Source: Takakia lepidozioides
Taxonomy: Eukaryota > Plantae > Bryophyta
Reading direction: 5' to 3'
Assembly (NCBI GenBank): GCA_030704615.1
Contig: CM060733.1
Location: 26,536,001 to 26,600,000, forward strand
DNA length: 64,000 bases
The notes beneath the pieces are model-generated. The model saw only the letters and a program-made list of their open reading frames with translations. It made no database searches and was not told the DNA's origin. This document shows positions 40,949 to 54,400 of the stretch, piece by piece (within the stretch, counting starts at the first letter, position 1; each line of letters opens with the position of its first letter). The position numbers were made by a program, and so were the translations under genes.

Positions 40949-43004
40949 ATCTCAGTGTCCATTAAGCCAGCAGCTCGTAGACGAGAGCTATGCTAAGGAC
41001 TCTTACTGTCCTTAGAACCCATTTTGTACAGTCCTGCTTATAAGCAAGGGCGAGACAGTTAATAGTATCGATAATGTATGGGTATGTGGTCACTGACTGT
41101 CTTGTGAACAAACCTTTTTTTGTTCTGCCCATATTGTTTCTGACATGTGAGGAGAGGATCGTCTTCATGTACGGGAAGTAGACGTGAATGTGTGCATGCA
41201 TTTTCTGGCCCATCTGCATGCTTTCCAGGAACAAAGACCAGTGGAATGGGGGGTGTCTCCAAAGGAGCAGGACCGAACGACACCTTTTTGTGCTTCCCTT
41301 GCTTTCCTTCTCACCATTGTTCCATTCTCCCACCTGCCCAATAGCAGCACTCTCGAAGCAATAGCATGACATATGTTCGCACATGGTCTTCTTCACCAGT
41401 GAATGAGCTTTTATGCTACATGTACTGCCCCGTCCACATTAACGTTGATCCCTACAAGCACTTGGCAAGACACCCCAGAGCCGCAAATCCAGCAACCACC
41501 ACAAACACATCTAACTGATTGTAGTGACACGGGAATAGCTCACTTGTAGAGGAATTGAACCTCCAGCCAAATGAATGGCTCTGCCCCTTGTAGCACAAGT
41601 GCGATGCAAAAACAAGGTGAGTACAAAATGAAGAAGCACTTACGAGGTCCCCATCCCTGGGATGGGCTCCCACTTCTGCTCTGGAACTGTGCAGGCCTGA
41701 GTAGCACCAAATTGCATGAATCCTAAGCCTGAATGTCAAATGCAGGTTTATGTCGCGATGTAGCACGCCATCATCTTACCTGTAATTTCCAATTTCACTG
41801 GTGTCACATTTGCCTTCAAGTCAACATCAAAATTAAGTCCACCTATGCGCAAATCGCAGAATCTCTCATGACACCATCTGCGTACCGAAAAACTGGTTTG
41901 GCATGATATAATTGTAGTTCATAACCTTAATGAACGTTTTCAGCCTTTACCTCTCCGTGCGCTCCATCGTGCCTCCATCCAGCACATTCTGTAAATGTTG
42001 AATGACCAAGAACCCGATGTCACACTGTTCTGAGAAGCCACTACGCGCGCTCACAGTATACGAAGGCCTTGTCGTGTCAGGATTTGCATTCCCACGTCCC
42101 GCCATGTCCGACGCAGCACTTGCAACCTTGCCAGACAGGCCAGGTGGAGGCAGCATGTATTAAAATATCTATTCCCCCAAGGCCACATTTTGTTTACCTC
42201 TTTTTGTGAAAGCCACGTCAGCAAATGTGCTGCCGAGTCATGGGTGCAATGAATGCAGTGGTTCATGGAGTCGTTGAGTCGACTACATATTCACTTTAAT
42301 GAATAAATATCTTTATTCCATTAATCGAATTAGGAATGCAAATTTGTAGTCGCATGTGCAGTAATTACAACCACTTGCAATTTTGGCTTTTTCAAATTTT
42401 GTCTGTTTCGACTCTCCAGTAGTCCCGTTTACTACCAAGTGGTTCCCGGAGTGGTCGCGGACATGCAGTCGATTCGAAAAAGACACGAATGCTTCTAGTG
42501 AGATGTACCATGTCTTCCATTCCACTTAATACAGTTCGCATTCTTGGATTAAAGATTAGCCCTGCTCGTGGCCTTGAGGTTACCATAGTTGATAGCACGG
42601 CATATGAACCCATAGGGTTGGTCACCTTGCCTATCTGCAGTAGTGGGAAAACTGTCTTGCTGACTTGCATTGTCACCATGGGTGAACAAATTTTGCTGGG
42701 ACTGGATTGGATGAAGGGTGCAGAGGCCAACATTGACATCATGAACAATCTTATGTGCCTTCACAATGGTGAGGGGCAACCTTACAAGGTGAGTCTAAGC
42801 CATGTTACTATTGCCGCTGGGACCTCTATGGCCAACTATTCTTGTCTCAAGCTTCAAGCTGAGCAGATGAAGGAGCAGGTGGGTTTGCATTATAATTGGG
42901 CCAGATTCAGTCAGTTCCAACCACTTGGTGATAATTTGTACCAATGGCATTTCCCTCCACCAGGTAAGAAGTTTGAACCTCCCTTGCCTGTGGCAAAGAA
43001 TACC

Positions 43005-43265
43005 ATGTTGCTACGTTCTCCAGTTGACTTCAATATCCCTGCTTTTTCCCAGCGCATAGTACCTACAAGCTTAGCTTTTGCTTGCCCTACATGTCATTTT
43101 CTTGAGGTTGAAGGCTGGAAAAAACTTACCCTCCAAAAGCACTGTCTGGTTGCTTCTGGGGTTTTAGACAGGGGATTCAAGGGAGATGTCAGATTACTGA
43201 TTGCTAATCCAAAACATATCAGCATCAGTGTCCGCAAGGGTCAGGTCTTTGCTAGGCTCACTGCT
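43005..43265 (+). other. dUTPase-like domain within the gypsy pol, between protease and RT
   Basis: LRSPVDFNIPAFSQRIVPTSLAFACP...VASGVLDRGFKGDVRLLIANP...VRKGQVFARL follows trimeric dUTPase motif spacing (motif III GV(I/L)D.(D/G)(Y/F).G; motif IV G..(I/F)A(Q/R)L). Confidence 0.75.
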
Positions 43266-46200
43266 TCTCCTTTGTCTGAGTTGGCCTCTGTTCAGAAAGG
43301 CCTCAGTCTTTATGATATTGGACTGGTGGACTCCCCCGTTGACCAACTCCAGGCATTTGCCTCTCACTCCAGCTCCACTGACAAAGGCATGCTTACTCCC
43401 AAACAAGAGCAACATTTCCAGCAGGTCTTAAAAGATATCAAAGTGGGTTACTCCCTAGCAGATTACTCGCCTGCACCTGTTTCTCCGTGACAATCTCGAC
43501 ATCTTTAGTAAAGGGCTCTATGACTTAGGCCGCACCACCCTTCTGGATCATGACATCATCACGGATGGTAAGCCTATTAAACAACATGCTTATAGGGAGA
43601 GTGTTCGTGAGCGCAAAGTCATTCAGGAAGAGATTACCAAGATGCTTGATGTTGGTGTGATCACCCCCTCCATATCCCCTTGGGCCAGTCCCATTGTCTT
43701 AGAGGGTAAGAAGGATGGCTCAACCCGTTTTTGCGTTGACTTTCGGCGTTTAAATGCCATCACAAATAAAGATGTCTACCCTTTGCCACGCATTAATAAA
43801 ACGCTAAATCAACTTAATGGGGCCACTATCTTCTCTTCATTAGATTTAGCCTCTGGCTTTTGGCAAGTTCCTTTAATTGCTGCTGCTAAGGAGAAAACTC
43901 CCTTCACCTGCAGGATGAGCCTTTTCCAATTTGAAACAATGCTTTTTGGCCTTTGCAACGCCACTGCTACATTTCAGCGCCTTGTGGATATTGTTTTAAG
44001 AAACCTTCGTTGGGAGTGTGCATTAGTTGACATCGATGACATCAATATTTATTCTTCAACGTTTGATGCTCATCTGCTGGATTTACAGCGGGTTGTGTGC
44101 AGACTTCGTACAGCCGGGCTTTAAAGTTAAAGCCAAGAAGTGTGATTTTTGTAGTGAACAACTCCATTTCTTGGGCCATCTGCTTTCTACTGCCGACATC
44201 AGTCCTGACCCAACTAAGATCCAAGCTGTGTGGAACTATCCAACCCCTAGAGATAAAACATGTGTTAAGGCCTTCCTGGGCTTGGGTTCTTACTATCGTC
44301 GCTTCATTTTTCAATTTGCCAAACTAGCTGCTCCACTCACTCGCTTGTTATCCAAGGATGCTCGTTTTGCATGGGGTACTGCTGAAACATCCGCCTTTGA
44401 GAAGCTCAAAATTGCACTAACTTCTGCTCCTGTGCTTGCTTATCCTGATTTTACCTTGCCATTTATCTTGCAAATTGATGCCACTGATCTAGCTATCTCT
44501 GCAGTGTTGAGCCAGATTCAGGATGGTCAGGAGCATGTCATTGCCTACGCCTCTCGCCGCCTTGATAAACATGAGCGTAATTACTCTATCACTGACAAGG
44601 AAGGCCTTGCAGCCATCTTTGGAGTCAAATATTTTAGGCAGTATTTACATGGCTGTCATTTTACCATTGAAACTGATCATCTACCTTTGAAAGCCTTGCT
44701 AACTCCTCGTGAACTCATTGGCAGATTAGCTCGGTGGGCTCTAATACTGCAAGGCTATGACTTCATCATCTCCTACAAGCGTGGGAAGGATAATGTTAAT
44801 GCAGATGCTTTGACTTGAGGCGAACCCAAAATCCCTGAACCTTACACTACCTTAAAATGACCTGGTCCCTCATGCTGCACGCTCTACACCACCTGCTGTG
44901 TCTGTTTCGGATCCCTATGCCTTGTGTCATTTGCTGGACTATCCTTATGTTCCTCCAGATCTGCTTGACACTTGGGATCTACTTCAGTTTGATGTTGGTT
45001 GACTTTCCTTTGGTATTGGCATGAATTCTAGTCTGGTATCCTGCATAAGGGTCTGATACTTTCCCTTACCTTAGAACTGCTCATCTTATCTTGCGTCTGC
45101 CTTGGTTTGTATCCCGACCGAGGGACTAAGCTACGCCTTACAGCCTGCTTGCCTCCTCATAGGCAGCCAACTGAAAATGAAATCAGGATTACGAAAGGAA
45201 GAGAATGAGGGCTGCCACTTTCTTCTCGCCTGCACTAACCTGTTGTTGTATGGCCATGAGTGATGTAGGCATGGATGATCCATTATACGATGCTTTTCTC
45301 CATAGGTGCAAAACCGGCACCTACCTTAGTGGCATATCCAAGCTGCTCATGAGACAAGTCAACTATCACTTACCCAGCCACCGGGAAAGTGAAGGGAGAA
45401 TGTTCAGAGTTACTGCTTTGGAAGGTACCTCTGCTGTGGAAGTCCCTTCTAGGTCCGCTGTCCCTGCTTTGCTCGAATTGTACCATGCTTCTACTTATGT
45501 TGACCATTTGGGGGTTGCTAAAACTGTCAAGAGATTATAGGAGCAGTATCACTGGAAATGCTTAGTTAAAGATGTCTCAGCTTTCATTGCAAGATGTGTG
45601 CCCTGTCATGCTAAAACCATCATACCTAGGATCGAAGCTCCCTTACCTTTGCAGCCAATCCCGGTGACTGAACCATTTGCCAGGGTTGGCTTAGATCTAG
45701 TTGGACACCTTAAATCCACGTCCAAGAGCCATGCATAACTTGTGGTTGCTACGGACTACCTCACGAAATGGGTTGAGCTCCGACCTCCGGGTGCTAAGGA
45801 TAGTGATGAGGTGGTGCAGTTCTTCTTTGATAAGGTGATACTTCGTCATGGTTGCCCTCTTGAGATCCTCATGGATCAAGGTACAAAGTTCTGCAACCAA
45901 CTTATGGAGATTGTCTTGTTTAATCTCAACACTAAGCATGCCGTTACTGCTCCTTACAATCCCCAATGCAATGGTTTGACAGAACGATTTAAAAAACTAT
46001 ATGTTAGATGCTCGAGAAGAATGGAGCACTCATTGATGAATGGGATATTGCTATGCCTATTCTGCTCTTTGCCTTTAGGACTTCTATCCATGCCAGTACC
46101 AAAATCTCACCTTTTGAATTTTTGTATGGTAGGAAATGTCGAACTCCTTTGCATATTTCCTGGCTGTAGGTATCCGCAACTCAGCCTGAGAATTGGGAAG

Positions 46201-47432
46201 TCTTTTTGCTTTCCATGGATGCTAGACGACGTAGTTTGCGTGAACAAAATCTAACATTGTGTTTGCCCAAGCTACTCAGGCCAAGAATTACAACAGACGT
46301 GCTGTGTATTTTGAGTCATTCAAGGTAGGCTAATCTGTTTGTGTCAGATTCCAGCCTGGTAAGCAGATCTCTAAGACCAAACGTAGAATTGATGGCCCTT
46401 ACCTTATCTCTGATATTCTTCCTGGCAGGCAGTATGTCTTGCTCCCCCATCATGTCTCTACTCCTCACTTAGCTAGCTCCATTCATGTTTCATTGCTTGT
46501 TCTATGCACTCTTACTTTTGATCTAACCTGTTTGAATGTTGAGAACCGTTAGGTGATCTTCACCCCCACAGCTCGGACAGCTCGTACTTAGACCATGACA
46601 TCTTCTTCTTTAGAATAGTTTTTTTTGAATTTCGTGATAGTTTTCTGCACCAATTGTAGCACTTGGGGTTTTTCCTATGGGATGTTTTGTCCTCCATCCA
46701 ACTTGCAGGGTGAGGTTTTCTTCCCTAGGTTTTTTCATCCCTTATGTGCCGGGTGTGTAGCTTGTTTTGGGCTAGGCTTCGTTTTTGTTCTTCTTGAGCT
46801 CATCACTCACAGGAGCTCGCAATTTCTTGTGGCCCCAGCAGACTTCACATATGTGGAGCTGGCCGGATTCCTTTTCACCTTCCTTTTCGACGTGGATGAA
46901 TGGAGGAGGGATGCGCTCCAGATGATTTAGGGATGGACGGAGCCAGGATGAAGTCTAGATGAACTTACACCTTGCGCATGAGGATGAGCTGACAACAACT
47001 GATGACTTTATTAGGTGCTGTCTTATTCTACAGCTAGTTTAGGATTAGATTAGGATGGATCTAGGTGATCTGGCTTCTTTCTATGGCTATGCTGGAAGGG
47101 CATCTGGTGGGCCTATATGTAAGTGTCATGCGGCACTAGGATTAGATTATGACCTAATACTATTTAAGCCTTACTACCGTGGCAGTGAAGGTGGTGGCTT
47201 TTGGGTCTTACGCAAGTGTACGCTGGGTGTAACGGTGTGCTCGAGTATGTGGATGAATGTGCTTTGGAAGTCCGAGTCAGTTGCGTCCTCTTCGTGAGAT
47301 TCCATCTTCTCTGCCAGGCCCATCTATTGACTACATTCCCCAGATAGGATTAAGTCCAGTAGAGGAAGGGGAACAAACCCATAGCGCTGGAATCAGACTT
47401 CACAGCTCCTTTTTTCAAAAATAAAAATTGAA

Positions 47433-47675
47433 ACCAGCAATCAGTAGTTGGACAGTGCACTGAGTGCCACCCAGATGGTTCTACGGTCATATCCTGCTAC
47501 CTTGATGGCTGTGGTATGTTCTTCTCCCCCCACCCTTGGGCGGTGTCCCATTTCTAAGTCTCCATGGCAGGGTTACTCTGAAAGAGGTTATTTTCTCCTC
47601 TCCCTTTTGAGGGGCCTGATTTGTGAGTTGTCGCTCCAGGTGTTTTCTCTTCAATATATATATATATATATATAT
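47433..47675 (+). mobile_element. tRNA-derived SINE, copy 2, with (TA)n tail
   Basis: Shares AGTGCACTGAGTGCCAC, GTGTCCCATTTCT, CTCCATGGCAGGGTTACT, AAAGAGGTTATT, GGGGCCTGAT.TGTGAG and CCAGGTGTTT with copy 1. The A-box is partly deleted. Confidence 0.75.
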
Positions 47676-50600
47676 TCCAACAATCATCTATATTTACATT
47701 TGCATGCATTGAAAATATGCACATGCATTCCTACATCAACCACAAGCTTCCAGTCTAATACTATAAGTTCTAATTTAGGCCTACTAATGTGCATGAGAGC
47801 ATAATATTGTCGTCAACATTTTGGGCCAGTGAAGGTGTTATGTGCCGACCTTGTGATTCTTTGGACCCACGTGACCCTCCTCAATTAACCTCTTTCTAGT
47901 TACAAAATCTTACTAGATAAATACTTAATCTAATTGTTTTGTATAATTGTACTCACACTAAGGGGTTTTTATTTTATTTTCCGTTGCTCACAAAAAAATA
48001 AAAGAAAAAATCGAATTAAGTACCACCCTAGGGGGGCACGGAATTAGCATTGGGTCCTCCACATGGAGTCGTGCAACAACTTATTATATAAATGAATATG
48101 AATATTTAAAAACAAAACAGTATTATAATTAATTAATTACATCATTTCACTGATAACGTTTGGGTTGCGAAACGCCCTTCCGAGAAGCAGCTTTGCCCGT
48201 AACTCCACATTCCCGCGCGAAACGGGCAAGGGGAGATGCATTCCGGACACATCCCATCCACCCATGGCCATGGCCATCACTCCTTCGCCACCGTTCGATC
48301 TCATGGGCCCCACGATCAGCACATCCCAGACGTTGGATCGATACGTTCCATTTACGTATCTTTCCGTATATTGGTGAGGTTCCGTACCTTTCGTGTAATG
48401 AACCCCACGTACTACCCCAGCAGCAAGCGTAAATAGTAATAATAATAATACGAAAAGAAAAATTGTCTTCCGTAAGTTGTCTTGAGAATCATATTTCCGG
48501 CTGATAAAAGAAACAATTAAAAAGAGAAAAGGTAATAACTAGAGCAGTAAGTTCTACATAGTGCAAATTTAACAAATAAAATAAAAATGAAAACTGAATG
48601 ACGGTCAGATAATGTTTTATTTTGAATATTTAAAGGAAATGTAATGAGCGTACGGTGCGTACGTGGGTGTGGTAGGGGTAGGTAGGGAGGTGGATGTGGA
48701 ATACGTACAGTACGGGCCGGGCGTGGATGCGAACGCCCGATGTCGGGTTGTTCCCTCTCTGTGGCTCCGCTGGTATAATAAGCGGGTTGAGGTGTGGTGC
48801 CTCTTTCAGATTTTCACCTCGAGAATCCTTGGCTGCATTCAATGCTGCTGTCTTAGGAGGAGATCTGTCTGATGATGATTAACATGGGGTCCTTTTCTTG
48901 TCTGAGCTTGAGAGCTCAGTGGGGCATGCATTGGAACAAGTTGGCAGTGAAGAACTGCCATCAAACCTTGATTTTTGCTTAGGTTGCCGCTTGCGAGAAG
49001 AGGCCAAGGATTGCGACGTTGGAAAGCGATGGGGCGGGACGGGACGGTGTGAGAGGCCGTGTTGCAGCGTATGTGAAAGATAGAGCATTAGAAGAGTTGT
49101 TGCGCAGGATGGGACGTGGAAACTCTCTCGTGGTTTGGCATTGGATGCCGTGGAGGCTTGAAAGCGGGTGGAAGCAAGCTTGAAACTTTGTTATCATGCA
49201 AGTAATCACCTTCTAAGAAGATACAAAGATTGCAGAAGGGAGAGGAGAGACACCAACACACAGGGATCGGGTCTAGCCTCTGGATCTGGCATTTAGTGAA
49301 GCAGCAGGAGAAGAGTTGGCAGGTGGAACGAGACAAGTCTGTGGGAGACTAGCGGATGAGAAATGCATCATTAGATAGTAAGAGAGAAGGGACGCTGCTA
49401 GGAGAGTACTCTTTCGAAGCTGAAATGAGAGTGCTGAGAGAAGGGAGAACAATTGATAGAGGTGTTTGGCTGGCGAGAAGGGGTGGATGCTGTAAAATGG
49501 ATCCAGGGACGCTGGCCGGAAGTCCCTGTCCTTTTATCATGTCTTCAATTTGCTCTCTTCGAGGTGGAGACTTTGTCCCCGAGACCCCATTCTTTTTTCG
49601 CTTCACCCTCTTCTTGCAGTCCAGATAGTAACCCAAGGGATGCCATTGTTGCACCGTGTCATTCTGTGCTCTCCCACAGTTTATCTCTGGAGGGCCGTGT
49701 GCTGTGATGTTATCTGTCCATCTTCTCACGTGATCGTTGGCAACGGCAATTGTTTGCTTAGAGCATGGTAAGCCACCACGTAGTGTACTATTCAGACACC
49801 CGTGGTCCCACTAGCTGTTCTTAAGCATAGGCATTTTTCTTTGGAGCCTACGGGTTCTCCGGAGCTCTCTCTTTCCCGTCTCCCTTCTTCTCGGTGACTG
49901 ATGTCATGTTGGGAACCTCAGAGACCGCACATCCAGTTTCTTTCCGTTGGAGTCGTTTGCCCTAGATTTCTTCAAGCTGATGGAACGTTGGGCTGTGTGA
50001 GACTTGTCGTTGGGAGAAATGGAGTCTGAAACAGGAGCATGATTCTTGTTAACACACAGCCTGCCTAGAGAAGAAGGAATACAGACACCGAGATATGTAG
50101 GCTTAATTGTTCAATGCTAGATGTGGCATTGTATAGCAATGATGAAGAGATTTGGAGCTGAGGAGTAGTGAATGACCCTGGACAGGTGACCTGCTGGCAG
50201 CCTCGTAGACCATGCATTCACGCAAGTAAAGCTGCAGGGCAGGCCTTGTCCAAGATGCTGGTATGTACTTCTACGTCACTTGGTTGTCTATCCTCTTCCA
50301 TTGATCAGCTGCATTGGCAGGTGTTTTTATTGACTAATTAGATAGAATTTATACATTTACATTTCACACATTATTTGAGGTTCTCTGTACTGGTGCCACT
50401 CTTATGGAGGAGCTCCAAGTCCTCTGTCAAGAATGGACACATTTCTAGGTTGTCTAGGCTTCTCACAATTCACGCATGCTAGAGGTGTAGTAGCATGGAT
50501 GGAATAGGATGTAGGGTGCATAGTTCTGCACATCATGTGGTATTGTGAGATCCAGTACCCATCACTTGTCAGCTTTTCCCACTTTCAATTTAATTTTGAC

Positions 50601-51469
50601 ATCTTTGATAGTCTGCAACCCTCAAGCTGGAGGACCTCATGTGGAAATATCTGATTATTTTCAAGTGGCCTTTTTCATATGCTACTTCTCCTTTAGGTCG
50701 TCATTGTTGATGTCTCTTGCACCAATCTTGCGGATCTACTGTCACATTTTACTTTTTCGGAAACGGTAGGCAGTGTTGAACTGTTGATTTGCTATTCTGC
50801 CATTTCCCTTTTACACTGTCATGCATAAAGATAAAGATAAAGTTTCATTAAAGTTCTCTTTGCTCATGACTATAGTTGTGTATAGATCATACATTGCGAG
50901 TTTTGACGGAGTGGCAGGATGGTTAGGGTAGGGACACAGAGATGCAAAATCACCTTATCGTGAGTATTTTTGCCTTTTTGTGTGACTTTTTTGTCTTGAT
51001 CTCTCTTGCACACATGCACAGAGACTATTGGCAGTCGCGGAAGAAGTCTATGCTGGGAATTGGTCCCTCATCATCTATGATAGCCAGGTTAAATCAGGTG
51101 ATGATACTTCATCACCTATTTTGGTTGTTGATAAAACAGTGTTTTCTGGCAGTCATATTCAGCTCGTGTCCTTATGTCCAAATATGATAATCATATATCC
51201 ATAAGTTATCCTCAGTGTTGCAAAATCACTCGTGTTTCTTTGTCATCATCCTGTGATCCCTTTTCTGTACGAGATTGCAAAAAAGAAGAATCAAAGCAAG
51301 TACGGAAGATATTGTTGATAGAGGTCGTTAAGTTCAAAGAAACAAGCAACGATGTAAAATGCAGGTCTGTTAAGGACTTAATTATGTTTGCAGAGAGGGC
51401 AGTGGCACATTCAGCATGATGATGAAGACAGAGTTAGTGTAATGAGTGGCGGAAGGAATAGGGCAGTCC

Positions 51470-54400
51470 ATGATGCCCGAGGTGCGTTGGTTCTCAGATA
51501 TCGCTACCTCAGCTTTCTGTGAGACTGTACAGCTGGTAATGTCTTTTCCTATGACTTCTCATTTTGTTCTCGTTCATGTCCTGGTCATGTCCCACCTTTG
51601 GTGTATTTCTTCTGTCTGTGTGTGCTCTCTTCAAAATATCTGTCTATCTTCTGCAGTTTTTTTTGTCTCCGCACATGGGACTGACATGGGGGGTGGTTGA
51701 ATATCGTGGCCTGACTTGTCATCATGGCTACTATGTTGCAGCGCAAGATTCTCTTGGAAAGGAGACGGCCATTTGGAAGGCCCAGGCGCAACGAACTCTT
51801 GGAACCTGCTAGTGCTGAGTTCTTGTCTGCTCTGGCTGCGGGTATCAACTCCCGCCATACTTTGCAAGTAGGCTGTGGGCTCTCCACTATTGCGCTGGCT
51901 GCTGCGGCGCGAGTGACTGGTAGCCGCCTGATGTCCGTGTACCATGAGAAGGATAAGCAGATAATTGTGCAGCACTGTGTCAATAAATTGGGTCTGGTTG
52001 AGTTTGTGGAGTTTGTTACAGCTGACCCGGCCAATTTTATCCCTCAAAGAGAAGGTAAAGTGGCAATACCTCTTGGGTTTGTTTTAAAGTCAATGATTTC
52101 TTCAAATTTTTCCAATAAGCAAGTGGTTGTGGTCATCTCTGAACAAGGAATCCAAGGCTATGAGAACACATTGAATTGTCCCAGGTCCTGAGTATCTGAG
52201 TTTGTGAGTGGGAGATTCTGGTGCCTTTGGAACAAGGAACACCCCAATAGTGGTGATTGCATGAACGATTTTCCACCGCTGCTTGGACATTTTAACGGTG
52301 GCAACCTATGTTCCCTTAAGTCTTTCCCTTGTCGATGTTTTTGAGGTGCTTGTGCCCTGCAGCTCTGGTCATTTATTTTGTACCGGTTAGAGACAGTTAA
52401 AATTAAGCATTGGTATGTAGTTCATTGACAAACTTTTTGTGCTGGATTGGAGGAAGATCTGAGAGAAGCTTTGATTGCTTTGCCTCTTGAGTTGAGTGCT
52501 AGCCAACACCTTCTCTCCAAATCTTCCTTGACAGGCATAGAAGCATATGCCATGTTTGTGAGCATGTGCTGACATATTAATCCAAATGCGCTTAGGGAGT
52601 TTATGAAGCAATGGGCAATTGTAGCAGCAAGTCAGTACTATGCATCATGACATTTATGATCTGATACTTAGTGACTTTCATCAGCTTAAGACCACACCCT
52701 TTGATACCTTAGCTTTCAAATGGAAGTCCGGATTTTGCTTGGGCACTTGATATTACAAGAAATTAGAAACCAATACTTTTGTGCATCTATCTCCTCTTAG
52801 TAGGAGAGTTTTTTCAAGTTCCTGATAATAGTCCTGTAGTATGTGTTGATTGACACCTGAAACTAAAGTTTTTGGCTGTAGATGTGGAGTTCGTGTTTCT
52901 CTCTGGGGTACCTGAGCGCTATATTGAGCTCTTTGACCTGTTGAAGCTGAAAAAAGGAGCAATTGTAGTGGCGGATAATGCGTTAGATGAAGCCACCAAT
53001 GACTACATCCGACATGTGCGGCGACAACCCGGCGTTGATTCTTCTACACTCCCACTTGGACGGGGGATGGAAATTACAAAGATCGTTACCTGGGATGATT
53101 TCAAAAGAGGGTGCGGTGGCCACATCTGTGCTTAAACAATTCTTTGTGTCCTTGGCAACTTGTAGTGTTTCTAGGGCTGAGGGCCTGTGGTGTTTATAAG
53201 AAGGTCCAGGTAGTACATGCTGAGGAACAGTCATGTCTATTCGTAGTTTGCAGTTTGACATTGTCTATTACTTATGCGTAAGTCAGCCTGTTGTAGTTTA
53301 GTTTGTTTGACATTTCATGTTATGAGCAGAACTGGGTACCCTGCTGTATAGCCCAGAAGCATAACTTTTTTTATGTTTGAAGTTGTAGCTTGGTGTATCA
53401 ATTATAAATTCCACTTTGCCAGATCTTGTGAATGTTAGTGGCTGCATATTCTTGCTAAGGAATGTATTTTCCAATCACAGTCGTGAATGCAATGTGATCA
53501 GTTTCATCGTTGTGTGAGAAGTTCTGATCATGTAATCGCTTAAACTTTGATCTCTAAGTGCCGGGAGAGTTGAGATTTTGGGGTCTGGAGATTCCTGGTT
53601 GTCTTGAAGTTTCAAGCTTTCCTCAATCTGTTTGTACTGACTTCTTGTCTTCCTGTTATGGTTATCTGACAGGTGTATTGAACTCTCCGTCATTTTTGTA
53701 GGAGGAAGCTGTATGGTGGCATTGACGACCCTATCAATGATTCTGATTACCTTTTCAGGCCAGCAGGTCTGCAAGGGACTGCTTCGCGCGGGTCTTGCTC
53801 ATCAAGCGACCCCCGCTTCTCCAGTGCAGCCACAGGCACTGTTGTTCCATCTGACTCAGCTTGCAAGCCCCACATTGCCGGGCCAATCAATGTTGGGTCT
53901 GTAGCAGTGCAGTTTGGTAAAAGGGAAGGTCATGAAAGGGGTGACCCTCGTGATCTGTACGGGGTTGATACACTCAATGAGTTGGATAGGGGTCACACCT
54001 TGGAATGGGGAAAGGTGAATGGGGCAGAATCGTCTCAGCAAGGTGAGCTACAGGGGCTGACTAGGTGTAAGAGGGGTGAAGCAGCTGGGCATGATAGCAT
54101 GAGTCCAGGTGATCTAGACCGGCCCAAAACGCCTAACAGGAGTGAACTGGCACGACCACATCAGACCGATCAAGGCTTCAGATTTCTGGATCAAAGTAAA
54201 CCCTACTTGGAGCAAGACATCACCGCGACCACACCTTCGTCGAATGTCCATGAACAGAGTGTTGACACCACTGTAAGCATGGATCCAAGTGCTGATAACT
54301 TCCACCAACAATTTGAGTCCCTACGCGGCCTGGCAGACCAGTGGTTGGAGATAGAGGCAAGAGCTGGAAATTATCAGAGTGGAGGCAGCTCAAGTGCCTT

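Larger units (their letters stand above)
28763..42500. mobile_element. CACTA/EnSpm DNA transposon, 13,738 bp, both ends intact
   Basis: Perfect 19-bp TIRs CACTAGAAGCATTCGTGTC (28763-28781) and GACACGAATGCTTCTAGTG (42482-42500). 3-bp TSD AGA (28760-28762, 42501-42503). Encodes a CACTA transposase. Confidence 0.97.
27560..46500 (+). mobile_element. Decayed Ty3/gypsy LTR retrotransposon internal region (gag, PR, dUTPase-like, RT, RNase H, IN), interrupted by a CACTA element
   Basis: Gag 27588-28552 (ICLKGEARQ..W; degenerate knuckle CMICKSTKHYTRWY). Protease VIDTR|CTMSSI...ILLGLDWM. RT SPWASPIV, RFCVDFRRLN, SSLDLASGFWQV, FGLCNATATFQR, DIDDI. RNase H DATDLAISAVL, ERNYSITDKE, TDH, NVNADAL. Integrase H..H..C..C, LDLVG, TDYLTKW, DQG, NGLTER. 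RT-RH-IN order is gypsy. No LTR pair located. Confidence 0.93.

Noticed and set aside
41745-41770. GVLHRDI kinase-like catalytic loop on the minus strand
   Set aside because: No other kinase motifs nearby, and it falls in a putative intron; probably chance.
46980-47410. Candidate 3' LTR of the gypsy element
   Set aside because: No matching copy upstream of gag, and no convincing PPT or TSD, so it cannot be supported from this window.
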